Below, one piece after another: positions 1 through 9,141 of a stretch of DNA of 32,000 bases. Within the stretch, counting starts at the first letter, position 1, and the number at the start of each line of letters is the position of its first letter. A model generated the notes under the pieces. It was not told the origin of the DNA. It worked only from the letters and a program-made list of their open reading frames with translations, and did no database searches. This DNA is from Gemmata obscuriglobus (GTDB lineage: Bacteria > Planctomycetota > Planctomycetia > Gemmatales > Gemmataceae): positions 3,300,001 through 3,332,000 of the forward strand of contig NZ_CP042911.1 of assembly GCF_008065095.1 (NCBI RefSeq), read 5' to 3'. Position numbers and translations under genes: made by a program.

Positions 1-694
<694 letters not shown>

Positions 695-972
695 CGACGG
701 ACCTCTGAACTGGAGGAGAAAAGCGACAGAAACACCGGCCGAGCCGGCGGGCCGGCGTCAGGTGAGGCGGCAGCGTTTCGAGCATTCGGGCGCCGGTGCA
801 ACTCCAGTACTCTAGACGGTGCGTCGCAAAAGAGAACGTTGAATAGTGTGAAGAGTTGGCGCTGCTTCGGTGATCGCAAAGTGAATATTCTGAGTGGATT
901 CAAAATGTGTGTCGCGCACGGTGACAGACACAGACGGCCGGGCGCGGATTCGAGCGCCCGGCCGAGAGGTGG

Positions 973-1794
973 TTACGGTTTTGCGCCCTTTTCCGTCGGC
1001 GCCGGGGCCTTCTCGACGATTGCCTCACGGGTGCCGGCGACGACCTTCACCAGCTCCGCAATTTCCGGGTCCGCGACCTTGAACTTTTTCAGGGACGCGA
1101 CGAGGTGAACGGCCAGAGCGTCGAACTCGGCGTCGGTGATCGCCATCCCCTTGTGCGCCTCTTTCATGCTCTTGCCGCTGTACTTGAACGGCCCGCCGCT
1201 CACGTCGCTGATCATGTCCACGATCGACTTCTCCAGTGCCGCGGCGCTCGGCTTGTATTTGCCGCCGCGGGTGAAGTTCACCTTCGGGTCTTCGAGGGCC
1301 GCGAGCGCGAAATCGTGAACGACCGCCTTCACCACGCTCTCACCCCCGAGACGGTCCCACAGCACTTTCTTGGCGTCCTTCGGCTCCTGCGTGTTTTTGG
1401 GTTCCTTAGTGTCCTTCGGCTCGAGTGCGGGCTCTTTTTTGATCGGCGGAGCGATGGTGTTCTGGATCTCGTCCAGTGCCGCGCGCATCTCGATGGCGGC
1501 GTCGGCCGCCTTGTTCAGCCCTTTGGCGCGCTCGAGCCGCTGCTGGGCGTCGGTCTGGAGCTTCGGTCGGTGGTCGAGCATCGGCACCACGGCCGACAGC
1601 GTGCCCTGATATAGCCGAGCGCACTCCCCGTGTCCGCCGCGGTTAAAGATTTCCGTGCCCAGCAGTGCGGACTCGTACACGATTCTCACGATCCGCTTGT
1701 CGAGTTCGGCCCGGTCCAGGGGCTTGTCGTCCGCCCGCGTGAGGCCGACTGCCCCACTCAGGATGAGCACCGCCAGTAAAATTCGTGCGCGCAC
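973..1794 (-). CDS. secreted fusion protein: N-terminal helical domain plus C-terminal group-I truncated hemoglobin (trHbN-like)
   Basis: Track ORF 973..1854. The C-terminal part, LWDRLGGESVVKAVVHDFALAALEDPKVNF...GGPFKYSGKSMKEAHKGMAITDAEFDALAVHLVASL, matches the truncated-globin pattern (GG, GGP.Y.G..M...H.G..IT..F). The N-terminus RILLAVLILSGAVGLTRADD looks like a signal peptide. There is no ATG. I placed the start at the GTG at 1794, which is preceded by GAGAGG. The GTG at 1854 is an alternative. Confidence 0.75.
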   Translation of the reverse strand: MRARILLAVLILSGAVGLTRADDKPLDRAELDKRIVRIVYESALLGTEIFNRGGHGECARLYQGTLSAVVPMLDHRPKLQTDAQQRLERAKGLNKAADAAIEMRAALDEIQNTIAPPIKKEPALEPKDTKEPKNTQEPKDAKKVLWDRLGGESVVKAVVHDFALAALEDPKVNFTRGGKYKPSAAALEKSIVDMISDVSGGPFKYSGKSMKEAHKGMAITDAEFDALAVHLVASLKKFKVADPEIAELVKVVAGTREAIVEKAPAPTEKGAKP

Positions 1795-1992
1795 GGTGGA
1801 ACCTCTCGAACAATGGGAGCGAACCGGTACACCCGTCGGTGTCGCGTTCGACACGCCAGTGTAACCGCCGGACCGGTCCGGGTGAACGTGTCACCGGTTT
1901 TTAACGCCCCCGGGTCCGGGGCACGGTGGCGAATCTGCGGGCCGGTTCGGGCTATCGTAATCGGTACGGCCCTAAACAGAGGTGCGCAACCC

Positions 1993-3240
1993 ATGCGCGA
2001 CGACGACGACGACGGCCGCGACCGCGGCCCCCACAACGACCGACCGACCCGGCCCAGGTTCCCCGACCGGTATCCGCCCGACGGGCCGCCGGCCCGTCCG
2101 ATACTGTGGTACGCCGCGTTCCTGCTGCTCGGCGTGGCGCTGGGCGGGCTCGGGATCACGGCCGGCACCTACCTGGTGAGCCGGTTTCGCGCGGAGCGTG
2201 GCGGGCTCGACCCGAACGCGCAGCTCCGCACGACCACCCCGGCCGCCGCCCCGGACGCCGAGGAGGCGCAGCGAGAAACCGTCTTCGAGAAGGTCCGCCC
2301 CTCGGTCGTGAACGTGGACGTGGTGATGGTGAAGCAGGGCCGCTGGGACGAGGCCCCTAGCGAACTTCAGACCAGCGGCGGGTCCGGGTTCGTGTGGGAC
2401 GAGTCCGGCCGCGTGGTCACCAACTACCACGTGGTCGCGGAGGTGCGCAAGCGCCAGGGCACCGAACTGCGGGTGGTGCTGGCGGACCGCACCGCGTACA
2501 CCGCGGCGCTGATCGGGGTGGCGCCGGACAACGACCTCGCGGTGCTCCAGATTTCCGCACCCAAGGAGAAGCTGAAGCCGATCCAGGTGGGCACCTCGGA
2601 CGACCTGAAAGTCGGCCGCACGGTGTACGCGATCGGGAACCCGTTCGGGCTGAGCCTCAGCATGACGACGGGGATCATCAGCTCGCTGAACCGGATCATC
2701 GAGGCGCCGAGCGGGGTGAAGATCCCGAAGGCGATTCAGACCGACGCGGCCATCAACCCCGGGAACTCCGGCGGCCCGCTGCTCGACAAGACCGGCCGGC
2801 TGATCGGGGTCAACACCTCGATCGCGACGCCCAACGGGGGCAACGTGGGGATCGGCTTCGCGATCCCGGTGGACACGGTGAACCGGGTGGTCACCGAGCT
2901 GATCCAGAGCGGTCGGTCGCTGCGTCCGGACCTGGGGGTGAAGTTGTACGACGAGCGGCAGTTGCGCCGCGCCCGGTACGACCACGGGGTGATGATCGAT
3001 CGCGTCGTGCTGAACGGGCCGGCCGACGCCGCGGGGCTGAAAGGGTGCGCGTACAGCCCGCGCGGGGTGGTGACCCAGGCCGGCGACCTCATCGTGGCGA
3101 TCAACGGCGAGCCGATCGACAACGTGGAGGATTACGAGCGGGTGGTCCGCGGGTTGCCGGTCGGGGGCGAGGCGAAGGTGAAGATCGTTCGCTTCCCGAC
3201 GAAGGAGATGGAGCTAACGGTGACGGTGGGCGGGGTGTGA
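1993..3240 (+). CDS. HtrA/DegP-family trypsin-like serine protease with C-terminal PDZ domain
   Basis: Track ORF 1813..3240. The catalytic-triad contexts are present: VVTNYHVV (His), NDLAVLQI (Asp) and GNSGGPLLD (Ser). There is a TM segment LWYAAFLLLGVALGGLGI and a PDZ-like C-terminus. The ATG at 1993 is preceded by GAGGTG. Confidence 0.9.
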   Translation: MRDDDDDGRDRGPHNDRPTRPRFPDRYPPDGPPARPILWYAAFLLLGVALGGLGITAGTYLVSRFRAERGGLDPNAQLRTTTPAAAPDAEEAQRETVFEKVRPSVVNVDVVMVKQGRWDEAPSELQTSGGSGFVWDESGRVVTNYHVVAEVRKRQGTELRVVLADRTAYTAALIGVAPDNDLAVLQISAPKEKLKPIQVGTSDDLKVGRTVYAIGNPFGLSLSMTTGIISSLNRIIEAPSGVKIPKAIQTDAAINPGNSGGPLLDKTGRLIGVNTSIATPNGGNVGIGFAIPVDTVNRVVTELIQSGRSLRPDLGVKLYDERQLRRARYDHGVMIDRVVLNGPADAAGLKGCAYSPRGVVTQAGDLIVAINGEPIDNVEDYERVVRGLPVGGEAKVKIVRFPTKEMELTVTVGGV

Positions 3241-3485
3241 CCGGCTGCGCCGCCGGGTGCCGGACTCGGAGCGCCCGGCGTGAGATGAGTTCGTTCCCGG
3301 TGGCGCTGAGTTCGGCCACTTTTGGCGGACGCGGGACGAGTCGCAACGTGGTCAAAACCGCCACCGCGCCGGTCCACCGGAGGATGCCTGCCAGCGGTCA
3401 CAACACGTCCATACTGAGAGGTGCCCGAGCCGGTCACGCGCGTGCCGCATCCCTTCGTCGGCGCGAGCACTGACCAGAAAAGATG

Positions 3486-3560
3486 TTGACAGGATCGACA
3501 GGATGAACAGGACCCCAAATGGGGTTGCCTTTATCTCGTTGATCCTGTTAATCCTGTCAG
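3486..3560. repeat. 9-mer repeat cluster (GACAGGATC GACAGGATG AACAGGACC) with an inverted copy (GATCCTGTTAATCCTGTCAG)
   Basis: Read directly. Three tandem 9-mers lie at 3488..3513. After a 27-nt spacer there are two inverted 9-mers at 3541..3560. The same motif occurs at 31936..31965. Confidence 0.5.
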
Positions 3561-3634
3561 AAAATCCCTTTCTGCCCAAGCTGCGCGTGTGGACCGGAAC
3601 CGAGCCTCCCCATCCATCCGTTTTGTCACGGGTG

Positions 3635-3886
3635 CTAATCGGCGCCGAGATCTGTGACGAAGCCGGTTGAGGGGTGAACCCGCTCGTACTCCACGGCAAA
3701 GTGCTCCGCCACTATCTGCCGTACTTTGAGCGCGATTTTCGGGTCCACGTTCGGCGAACATCGCATCACAAATTCGCCGTCCGAGATCGGCGGGAACCGC
3801 CGCTCAAACGCGGCCCTCGCGCGCCGTGCGCTCACAACCACCATTAGCACAACACAGGCGATCAGGCATATCACAGCCGGCAACAT
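3635..3886 (-). CDS. small hypothetical membrane protein
   Basis: Internal ATG (3886) of track ORF 3635..4051 gives MLPAVICLIACVVLMVVVSARRARAAFERRF..., which has one clear TM helix. I recognised no family. Confidence 0.45.
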   Translation of the reverse strand: MLPAVICLIACVVLMVVVSARRARAAFERRFPPISDGEFVMRCSPNVDPKIALKVRQIVAEHFAVEYERVHPSTGFVTDLGAD

Positions 3887-4401
3887 GGGTTCCCTTATAA
3901 GAGCCAACGCGCTGCCCCCCTGTCCGTGACAGGGGCGGGTCCAGCTTATCGCGAACCAGAACGGTCTGGCAATCGCGGCCTCACAACGACTTGTGCACCC
4001 GGCCCGGTCGCGTAAGAAGCGGCTGCGCAATTTGCGCAGCGATCTGTGCAAGTCTTGACCGGCGCATGCGAGTGGCGCGGCACGGTGTTCATAGTTTGCG
4101 CGGCTGCGTGTGTATAATTTAGTGAATTAATTTACTATTATTTGTTTAATTGCGAGGTTGGAGAGGGGTATGATTGCCGCAATTGATCAGGGGCAGGGCG
4201 CATGGTCGCGTTTGGTGATGTTGAAATGTGGTCATGTGTGTGCGCGTTGGTGCTGGTTGTTATGTGCTGCGTAACAGGCAACTCGTGCCGGTTCACTGAA
4301 TGATTAAAACCGCGCCCGCGCGGGTCTCGCCCGACGCGGCGTGCGGTTTATGTCCGTGCCCCGCCCACCACCCGTCCATCTTTCACCCAGGTGTACGCTC
4401 C

Positions 4402-6705
4402 ATGAGTTCGGCTCGGTCTTTCTCACACAGGGCGCCCCAGTTCGTTCCCGCCGTCGAAGGGCTGGAGGACCGCACGACCCCGGCGGGGAACGTGACGGCG
4501 TACGTGTTCGACAAGGTGCTCTACGTCACCGGAACCAACGACACGGACCAGATCTGGATTGCCGGCGCCGGCGAGAACGCGGTCGTTATCCGCTCGCTGG
4601 ACGGTGCCACCACGATCAACGGGCAGAGCTCCGTTTACATCGGTGGGGTGAAACAGGGGTACCACATCAACATGGGCGGCGGGGACGACACCCTGCTGGT
4701 CACCGGCACCCGCTCCGGCGGCGGGCTGAACGTGGATATGGGCGTCGGGAACGACGTCCTGGGGATCTCAGACGCGGGGCACAAGGGCGGGAGCGTTCTG
4801 ACCGGTGGTGCGGGGAACGACGTGTTCGTGTTGCACGCGTCCGGGTTCCGCAACGGCGTTTCGCTGAACACTGGTGACGGGGACGACCAGGTGCTGGTCT
4901 CCGGCGTTTCGGCGCCCGCGTTCGCCCTGGTGAACCCGTCCGGTACCGACTACTTCGACGCGCCGGGGTCCGCGCTCGGCCGGCCCAGCGTGGTCGGCGG
5001 GTTCGTGCCGGGTTCGCCGACCGCAACCGTTCCGCCGACGGCGGCGGCCGCGGACACCGTTGCACCGACCGCGACCGTCTCCACGTTCTCCGCGTCGGTC
5101 ACCTCAACCGCCGCGGTCCCGTTCACCGTCACGTTCGACGAGGACGTGACCGGATTCACGGCCGCCGGTCTTACGGTCTCGAACGGCACCGTGACGGCGT
5201 TCGGAGCCGTGAACGCGCGCACGTACACGTTCTCGGTGGTCCCGTCCGGCCAGGGCGCGGTGTCCGTGTCGGTCGCGGCCGGCGCCGCCCAGGATGCGGC
5301 TGGTAACGCGAACACGGCCTCCAACACGGTCGCGGTGACGTTCGACTCGGTCGCCCCGGCTGTGACGGTCAATTCGCTGACCAGCAGCAGCGCGACGCCG
5401 ACGCTAACCGGCACGGTGGACGACCCGAACGCGACCGTGAGCGTGACCGTTAACGGCCAGACGTATAAGGCGACGGTGAGCAGCACCACATGGAGTGTCA
5501 CGCTCACGAACCCGCTGACGGACGGGACGTTCACGATCTCGGTCTCCGCAACGGACGCGGCCGGGAACGTGGGCGGCACGTCGCTGACCGACGGACTGGT
5601 AGTGAGTCTGGCGGGGCTGACGGTCACGGTTGATACGCTGGCGACCAACAGCACGACGCCGACGATTACGGGTACGGTGAGCGACGCGACGGCGACGGTT
5701 CAGGTGACGGTAGACGGCCAGACGTACACGGCGACGGTGAGCGGGACAACGTGGTCGGTGGCGGTGACGACCGCGCTGGTCGAGGGAACGTACACCGTTT
5801 CCGCTACTGCCACCGACACGAACGGGAACGTGGCTACGGCCTCGCCAGCGGACGGGTTAGTGATCGATTTGACCACCCCGACCGTAACGGCGAACGCGCT
5901 GACCACGAACAGCGCGACCCCGACGCTGACGGGTACAGTGGACGATTCTACAGCAGCGGTTCAAGTGACGGTGGACGGTCAGGCGTACACGGCGACGGTA
6001 AGCGGCACCACCTGGAGCGTGTCGGTTCCGACCGCACTGATCGAGGGGACTTACACGATCTCGGTGACCGCGATGGACGCGGCCGGCAACGTGGGGGCCG
6101 CGTCGCTGACCGGTGGGTTGGTAGTGGATCTGACCGTCCCAACGGTTACGATCAACGCCCTCATCACGAACAGCACGACGCCGACGCTGACGGGTACGGT
6201 GAGCGATTCGACGGCCACGGTTCAGGTGACGGTGGACGGCCAGACGTACCCGGCGACGGTGAGCGGCAATACCTGGACGGTTGCGATCACGACCGCGCTG
6301 GTTGAGGGGGCATACACCGCCTCGGTGACCGCGACTGATGTGGCTGGCAATGTGGGCACGGCCTCGCTCACCGACGGGGTGGTGGTGGACCTGACAGTGC
6401 CGACGGTCGCGGTGGACACGGTGCCCACCGTTGCCGGGGCCGTAACTGGTACCGCGGGCGACACCCTGGCCGGCGTCACGGGCGTGGCGGTGACCATTTA
6501 CGATTCGGTTGCACAGGCGTACTTGAACGCGAGCCGCACGGCGTTCGACAGCGCGACCGAGGTCTGGATCACGGCGGAGACGGCGGACGCGTTCGCGACG
6601 TGGTCGGTCACGGTGCCGGTTGCAGGCAGCTACGTCGTGGTGGCCGAGGCCACGGACGGAGCCGGGAACACCGCAACCGGTAACACAACGGCGGTTACAT
6701 CCTGA
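4402..6705 (+). CDS. large secreted Ig-like-repeat protein with an N-terminal Ca-binding (GGxGxD-like) region
   Basis: Track ORF 4300..6705, ATG at 4402 (MSSARSFSHRAPQFVPAVEGLEDRTTPAG). The LEDRxxP motif is typical of planctomycete secreted proteins. GGAGNDVF and GDGDDQVL motifs follow. Then come T/V/A-rich beta-strand repeats of about 87 aa (TPTLTGTV.D..A.V.VTV.GQTY.ATVSGTTWSV...EGTYT.S.TA.D.AGN). Confidence 0.85.
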   Translation: MSSARSFSHRAPQFVPAVEGLEDRTTPAGNVTAYVFDKVLYVTGTNDTDQIWIAGAGENAVVIRSLDGATTINGQSSVYIGGVKQGYHINMGGGDDTLLVTGTRSGGGLNVDMGVGNDVLGISDAGHKGGSVLTGGAGNDVFVLHASGFRNGVSLNTGDGDDQVLVSGVSAPAFALVNPSGTDYFDAPGSALGRPSVVGGFVPGSPTATVPPTAAAADTVAPTATVSTFSASVTSTAAVPFTVTFDEDVTGFTAAGLTVSNGTVTAFGAVNARTYTFSVVPSGQGAVSVSVAAGAAQDAAGNANTASNTVAVTFDSVAPAVTVNSLTSSSATPTLTGTVDDPNATVSVTVNGQTYKATVSSTTWSVTLTNPLTDGTFTISVSATDAAGNVGGTSLTDGLVVSLAGLTVTVDTLATNSTTPTITGTVSDATATVQVTVDGQTYTATVSGTTWSVAVTTALVEGTYTVSATATDTNGNVATASPADGLVIDLTTPTVTANALTTNSATPTLTGTVDDSTAAVQVTVDGQAYTATVSGTTWSVSVPTALIEGTYTISVTAMDAAGNVGAASLTGGLVVDLTVPTVTINALITNSTTPTLTGTVSDSTATVQVTVDGQTYPATVSGNTWTVAITTALVEGAYTASVTATDVAGNVGTASLTDGVVVDLTVPTVAVDTVPTVAGAVTGTAGDTLAGVTGVAVTIYDSVAQAYLNASRTAFDSATEVWITAETADAFATWSVTVPVAGSYVVVAEATDGAGNTATGNTTAVTS
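5350..6405 (+). repeat. four in-frame tandem coding repeats of about 261-264 nt (Ig-like modules) inside the 4402..6705 CDS
   Basis: Repeat units start near 5350, 5617, 5881 and 6142. The protein-level units are near-identical in pattern (…NS.TPT.TGTV.D.TA.VQVTVDGQ.Y.ATVSG.TW.V…). Confidence 0.8.
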
Positions 6706-6754
6706 CCGGCTGGGTTTCGGAAGGCCCGTGCATTTCCCTTATGACGAGCGATTC

Positions 6755-6794
6755 GGTTCTCCGAGGTGCGCCCGCGGGCGCACCTCGGAGAACC
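6755..6794. terminator. perfect 40-nt GC-rich palindrome downstream of the Ig-repeat gene
   Basis: GGTTCTCCGAGGTGCGCCCG / CGGGCGCACCTCGGAGAACC is a perfect palindrome 50 nt after the stop at 6705. No U-tract follows, so it may be a REP-like element rather than a classical intrinsic terminator. Confidence 0.55.
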
Positions 6795-7149
6795 GTTCGA
6801 CTTCATGCAGTTGTTACTGATCGGCTCTGGCAGAGCCCGGATTCAGACCGTTCCGCAGGCGGTTTTGAGGTTCTGTCAGAGCCTGTAAACAAGTGGGGTG
6901 TAGCTAACTTCTCTTGGGGGTCATCCGTCCAGTAGCAGAGGCCATTCGCCAGGCGAAGTACAGCTCAAGCAGCGGGAAAGCTGCCTTCACCGTCCGGCGG
7001 CTCAAACAACCGACAGCGCAAACCCTTCGGAGAAACTGCCGTACCCCCAGAAAATCTGGATGCACCCAAACAAGTGGACGGGGACAGTCCGGTCTTGACA
7101 CCAAACACTTGACAGTTATCGTCACGCCCTTCCTAATAAGAGTGACGAG

Positions 7150-7437
7150 ATGAACGACCGGCCTAGATGGGTGGCGCTTGCCCTTCTTGCCCTCCTACCG
7201 GGCGCGTGCGGGCTGCATCGAAGTGCCGTGCTGGGTATTGACACCCAGGCGGACGCGCAGCGTTTTCGGAATGCCCCGGCAGAACCGTTCGCCGAGCGGC
7301 GTACTGATGTGTCCGTTGGCCTGGACGAGGCCAAGAAGCCTATTCCAGAAAATGCGTTCTCTGGCTTCATTGACAACAGTTTTAATTCTTGGACGTTGTC
7401 ACACCGCGTCGATATGCCCATCGCCGCTAAGCGGTAG
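7150..7437 (+). CDS. putative small lipoprotein / secreted protein (hypothetical)
   Basis: MNDRPRWVALALLALLPGACGL... is signal-peptide-like with a Cys after the hydrophobic core. Codon usage is atypical for this window (many A/T-ending codons), and the ORF sits in an AT-richer stretch. Confidence 0.4.
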   Translation: MNDRPRWVALALLALLPGACGLHRSAVLGIDTQADAQRFRNAPAEPFAERRTDVSVGLDEAKKPIPENAFSGFIDNSFNSWTLSHRVDMPIAAKR

Positions 7438-7578
7438 CATGGAGCGCTGATAAGCTCGCGTCGCAGGTGGTCGGGGCCCGTTCAAGGTGTGTCTTGTCCA
7501 GCGGGTTTGATGCCCGAAGTACCGCTCGCTCCGCGAACGGGTCACACTGGGGCACAGATTGCTGAACGCGGCTAACCC

Positions 7579-9063
7579 TTACACTGCGGCACGGCGGGCG
7601 GGTTTGGTCGCGACCACGCTCGGCTCGGCGCACCCGCCCGCGGTGGGCAGCATCTTCCCCGGGCTGCACCGCCCGTCCGGGTTGAACGCGGTCCGGAGCC
7701 GGACCATGTAGTTCAGGTCGTCGGCGGTGAACATGAGCGGCATGAAGTCGATCTTCTCGACCCCGATCCCGTGCTCGCCGGTCACGCTGCCGCCTAGGGC
7801 GACGCACTCCGAGAGGATGTCGTGGCTGGCGTCCAGAACCGCCTTCACCTGGGCCGGGTCGCGCTCGTCGAACATCAGGATCGGGTGAATGTTCCCGTCG
7901 CCGGCGTGGAACACGTTGCAGATGCCGAGGTTGTACTTCTTCGCGGTCGCCTGGATGTGCCGCATGATGTCAGGGAGCTTCGTCCGCGGGACCACGCCGT
8001 CCTGGGTGCAGTAGCTCGGGAACCCCAGGCGCCCGATGGTGCCGAACGCCTGTTTGCGGGCCTTCCAGAGCGCCATCCGCTCGGGCTCGGTGTTGGCCTT
8101 GCGGACCTCGCGAGCGCGGTTCTTCGTGGCGATCCCTTCGATCCGGTCGGCCTCGTCCTGGAGTCCGGCGGCGAGCCCGTCCACTTCCATGATTACCACC
8201 GCTTCGGCGTCGAGCGGGAACCCGAACTTGAACGCCGCCTCCACCGCCGACAGCATCGTTTTGTCGAGCAGTTCGAGGGCCGCGGGCACGATCCCTGCGC
8301 CGATGATATCGCTGATGGTGCTGGTGGCGTCGTCGATCGTCTCGAAGACGCCCAGAAGGGTGCGGTACGCTTCGGGGTTCTTGGTCAGACGCACCCACAC
8401 CTTGGAGACGATGCCGAACGTGCCTTCGCTGCCGACGATCGTGCCGACCAGATCGTACCCGGGGGTGTCTTCCGTCGGGCCGCCGCAGGTGACGACGCGC
8501 CCGTCCGGCAGCACCAGTTCCACGCCGAGGATGTGGTTGACGGTGACGCCGTACTTGAGCGTGTGCGGGCCGCCGGAGTTGGTGGCGACGTTCCCGCCGA
8601 TGGTGCAGGCGCCCTGGCTGCTCGGGTCCGGGGCGTAGTGCAGCCCGAAGGGCTTCAGTGCGTTCGTCAGCCACACGTTCACCACGCCGGGCTCGACCAC
8701 GGCGTAGCGGTCGCGGGCGTTGATCTCCAGGATGCGCTTCATGCGGGCGAGGGCGATCATCACGCCGCCGCCCACGAGCACGCACCCGCCCGCGAGGCTC
8801 GTACCCGCCCCGCGCGCGAGGAACGGGCTGCCCAACTCGTTGCACGCCTGCACGATCCCGACGATGTGTTCGGTCGTGGTCGGGAACACGACCACGTTGG
8901 GCTTCGTTTTCGCGATGGTGAACCCGTCGCACTCGTAAGCCGCCATGTCGGCGGTGGCGGTGAGGACGTTGTCCGCGCCGACGATGGCCCGCATCCGCGC
9001 GACCAGACGCGCGCGGTCGGCCGGGTTGGGCGCGGGCGGGGTGGGAGAGGGGAACGTGTTCAT
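7579..9063 (-). CDS. glcD: FAD-linked oxidase, glycolate oxidase subunit GlcD / D-lactate dehydrogenase family
   Basis: 494 aa. It has the FAD_binding_4-type N-terminus (VVFPTTTEHIVGIVQACNELGSPFLARGAGTSLAGG) and the C-terminal FAD-oxidase domain (GGSVTGEHGIGVEKIDFM). ATG at 9063. Confidence 0.88.
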   Translation of the reverse strand: MNTFPSPTPPAPNPADRARLVARMRAIVGADNVLTATADMAAYECDGFTIAKTKPNVVVFPTTTEHIVGIVQACNELGSPFLARGAGTSLAGGCVLVGGGVMIALARMKRILEINARDRYAVVEPGVVNVWLTNALKPFGLHYAPDPSSQGACTIGGNVATNSGGPHTLKYGVTVNHILGVELVLPDGRVVTCGGPTEDTPGYDLVGTIVGSEGTFGIVSKVWVRLTKNPEAYRTLLGVFETIDDATSTISDIIGAGIVPAALELLDKTMLSAVEAAFKFGFPLDAEAVVIMEVDGLAAGLQDEADRIEGIATKNRAREVRKANTEPERMALWKARKQAFGTIGRLGFPSYCTQDGVVPRTKLPDIMRHIQATAKKYNLGICNVFHAGDGNIHPILMFDERDPAQVKAVLDASHDILSECVALGGSVTGEHGIGVEKIDFMPLMFTADDLNYMVRLRTAFNPDGRCSPGKMLPTAGGCAEPSVVATKPARRAAV

Positions 9064-9141
9064 GCCGGTAGTTTAGCAGCCGGTGGCCGGAAGCGGAAAC
9101 GGTTACCGCGCCTGTGGCGCGGCAACCTCAGCGCGGTACGC

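Noticed and set aside
3290-3420. Possible TPP riboswitch (GGAGGATGCCTGCCAGCGG resembles the GGAUAAUGCCAGCG core; CTGAG motifs nearby)
   Set aside because: The order and spacing of the conserved elements do not fit the THI-box architecture: there is no P3 hairpin between the G-rich strand and CUGAGA. No thiamine-related gene lies downstream.
3414-3470. tRNA-Ser/Leu-like 5' segment (GAGAGGTGCCCGAGCCGGTCA...)
   Set aside because: No complementary D-stem 3' strand, no anticodon arm and no T arm (GGTTCGA) follow. At most it is a decayed fragment.
5350-6405. Regularly spaced repeats considered as a CRISPR array
   Set aside because: The period is about 262 nt, the repeats are in-frame coding modules of the 4402..6705 protein, and there are no short palindromic repeats with unique spacers.
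6800-7149. Scanned both strands for RNase P RNA, tmRNA, SRP RNA and common riboswitch cores
   Set aside because: I could not find the conserved cores: GAGGAAAGUCC for RNase P, a tRNA-like 3' end with GGUUCGA for tmRNA, or the GGAA-tetraloop/AGCA SRP motif. Only generic hairpins are present. The region is kept as a low-interest finding rather than a feature.
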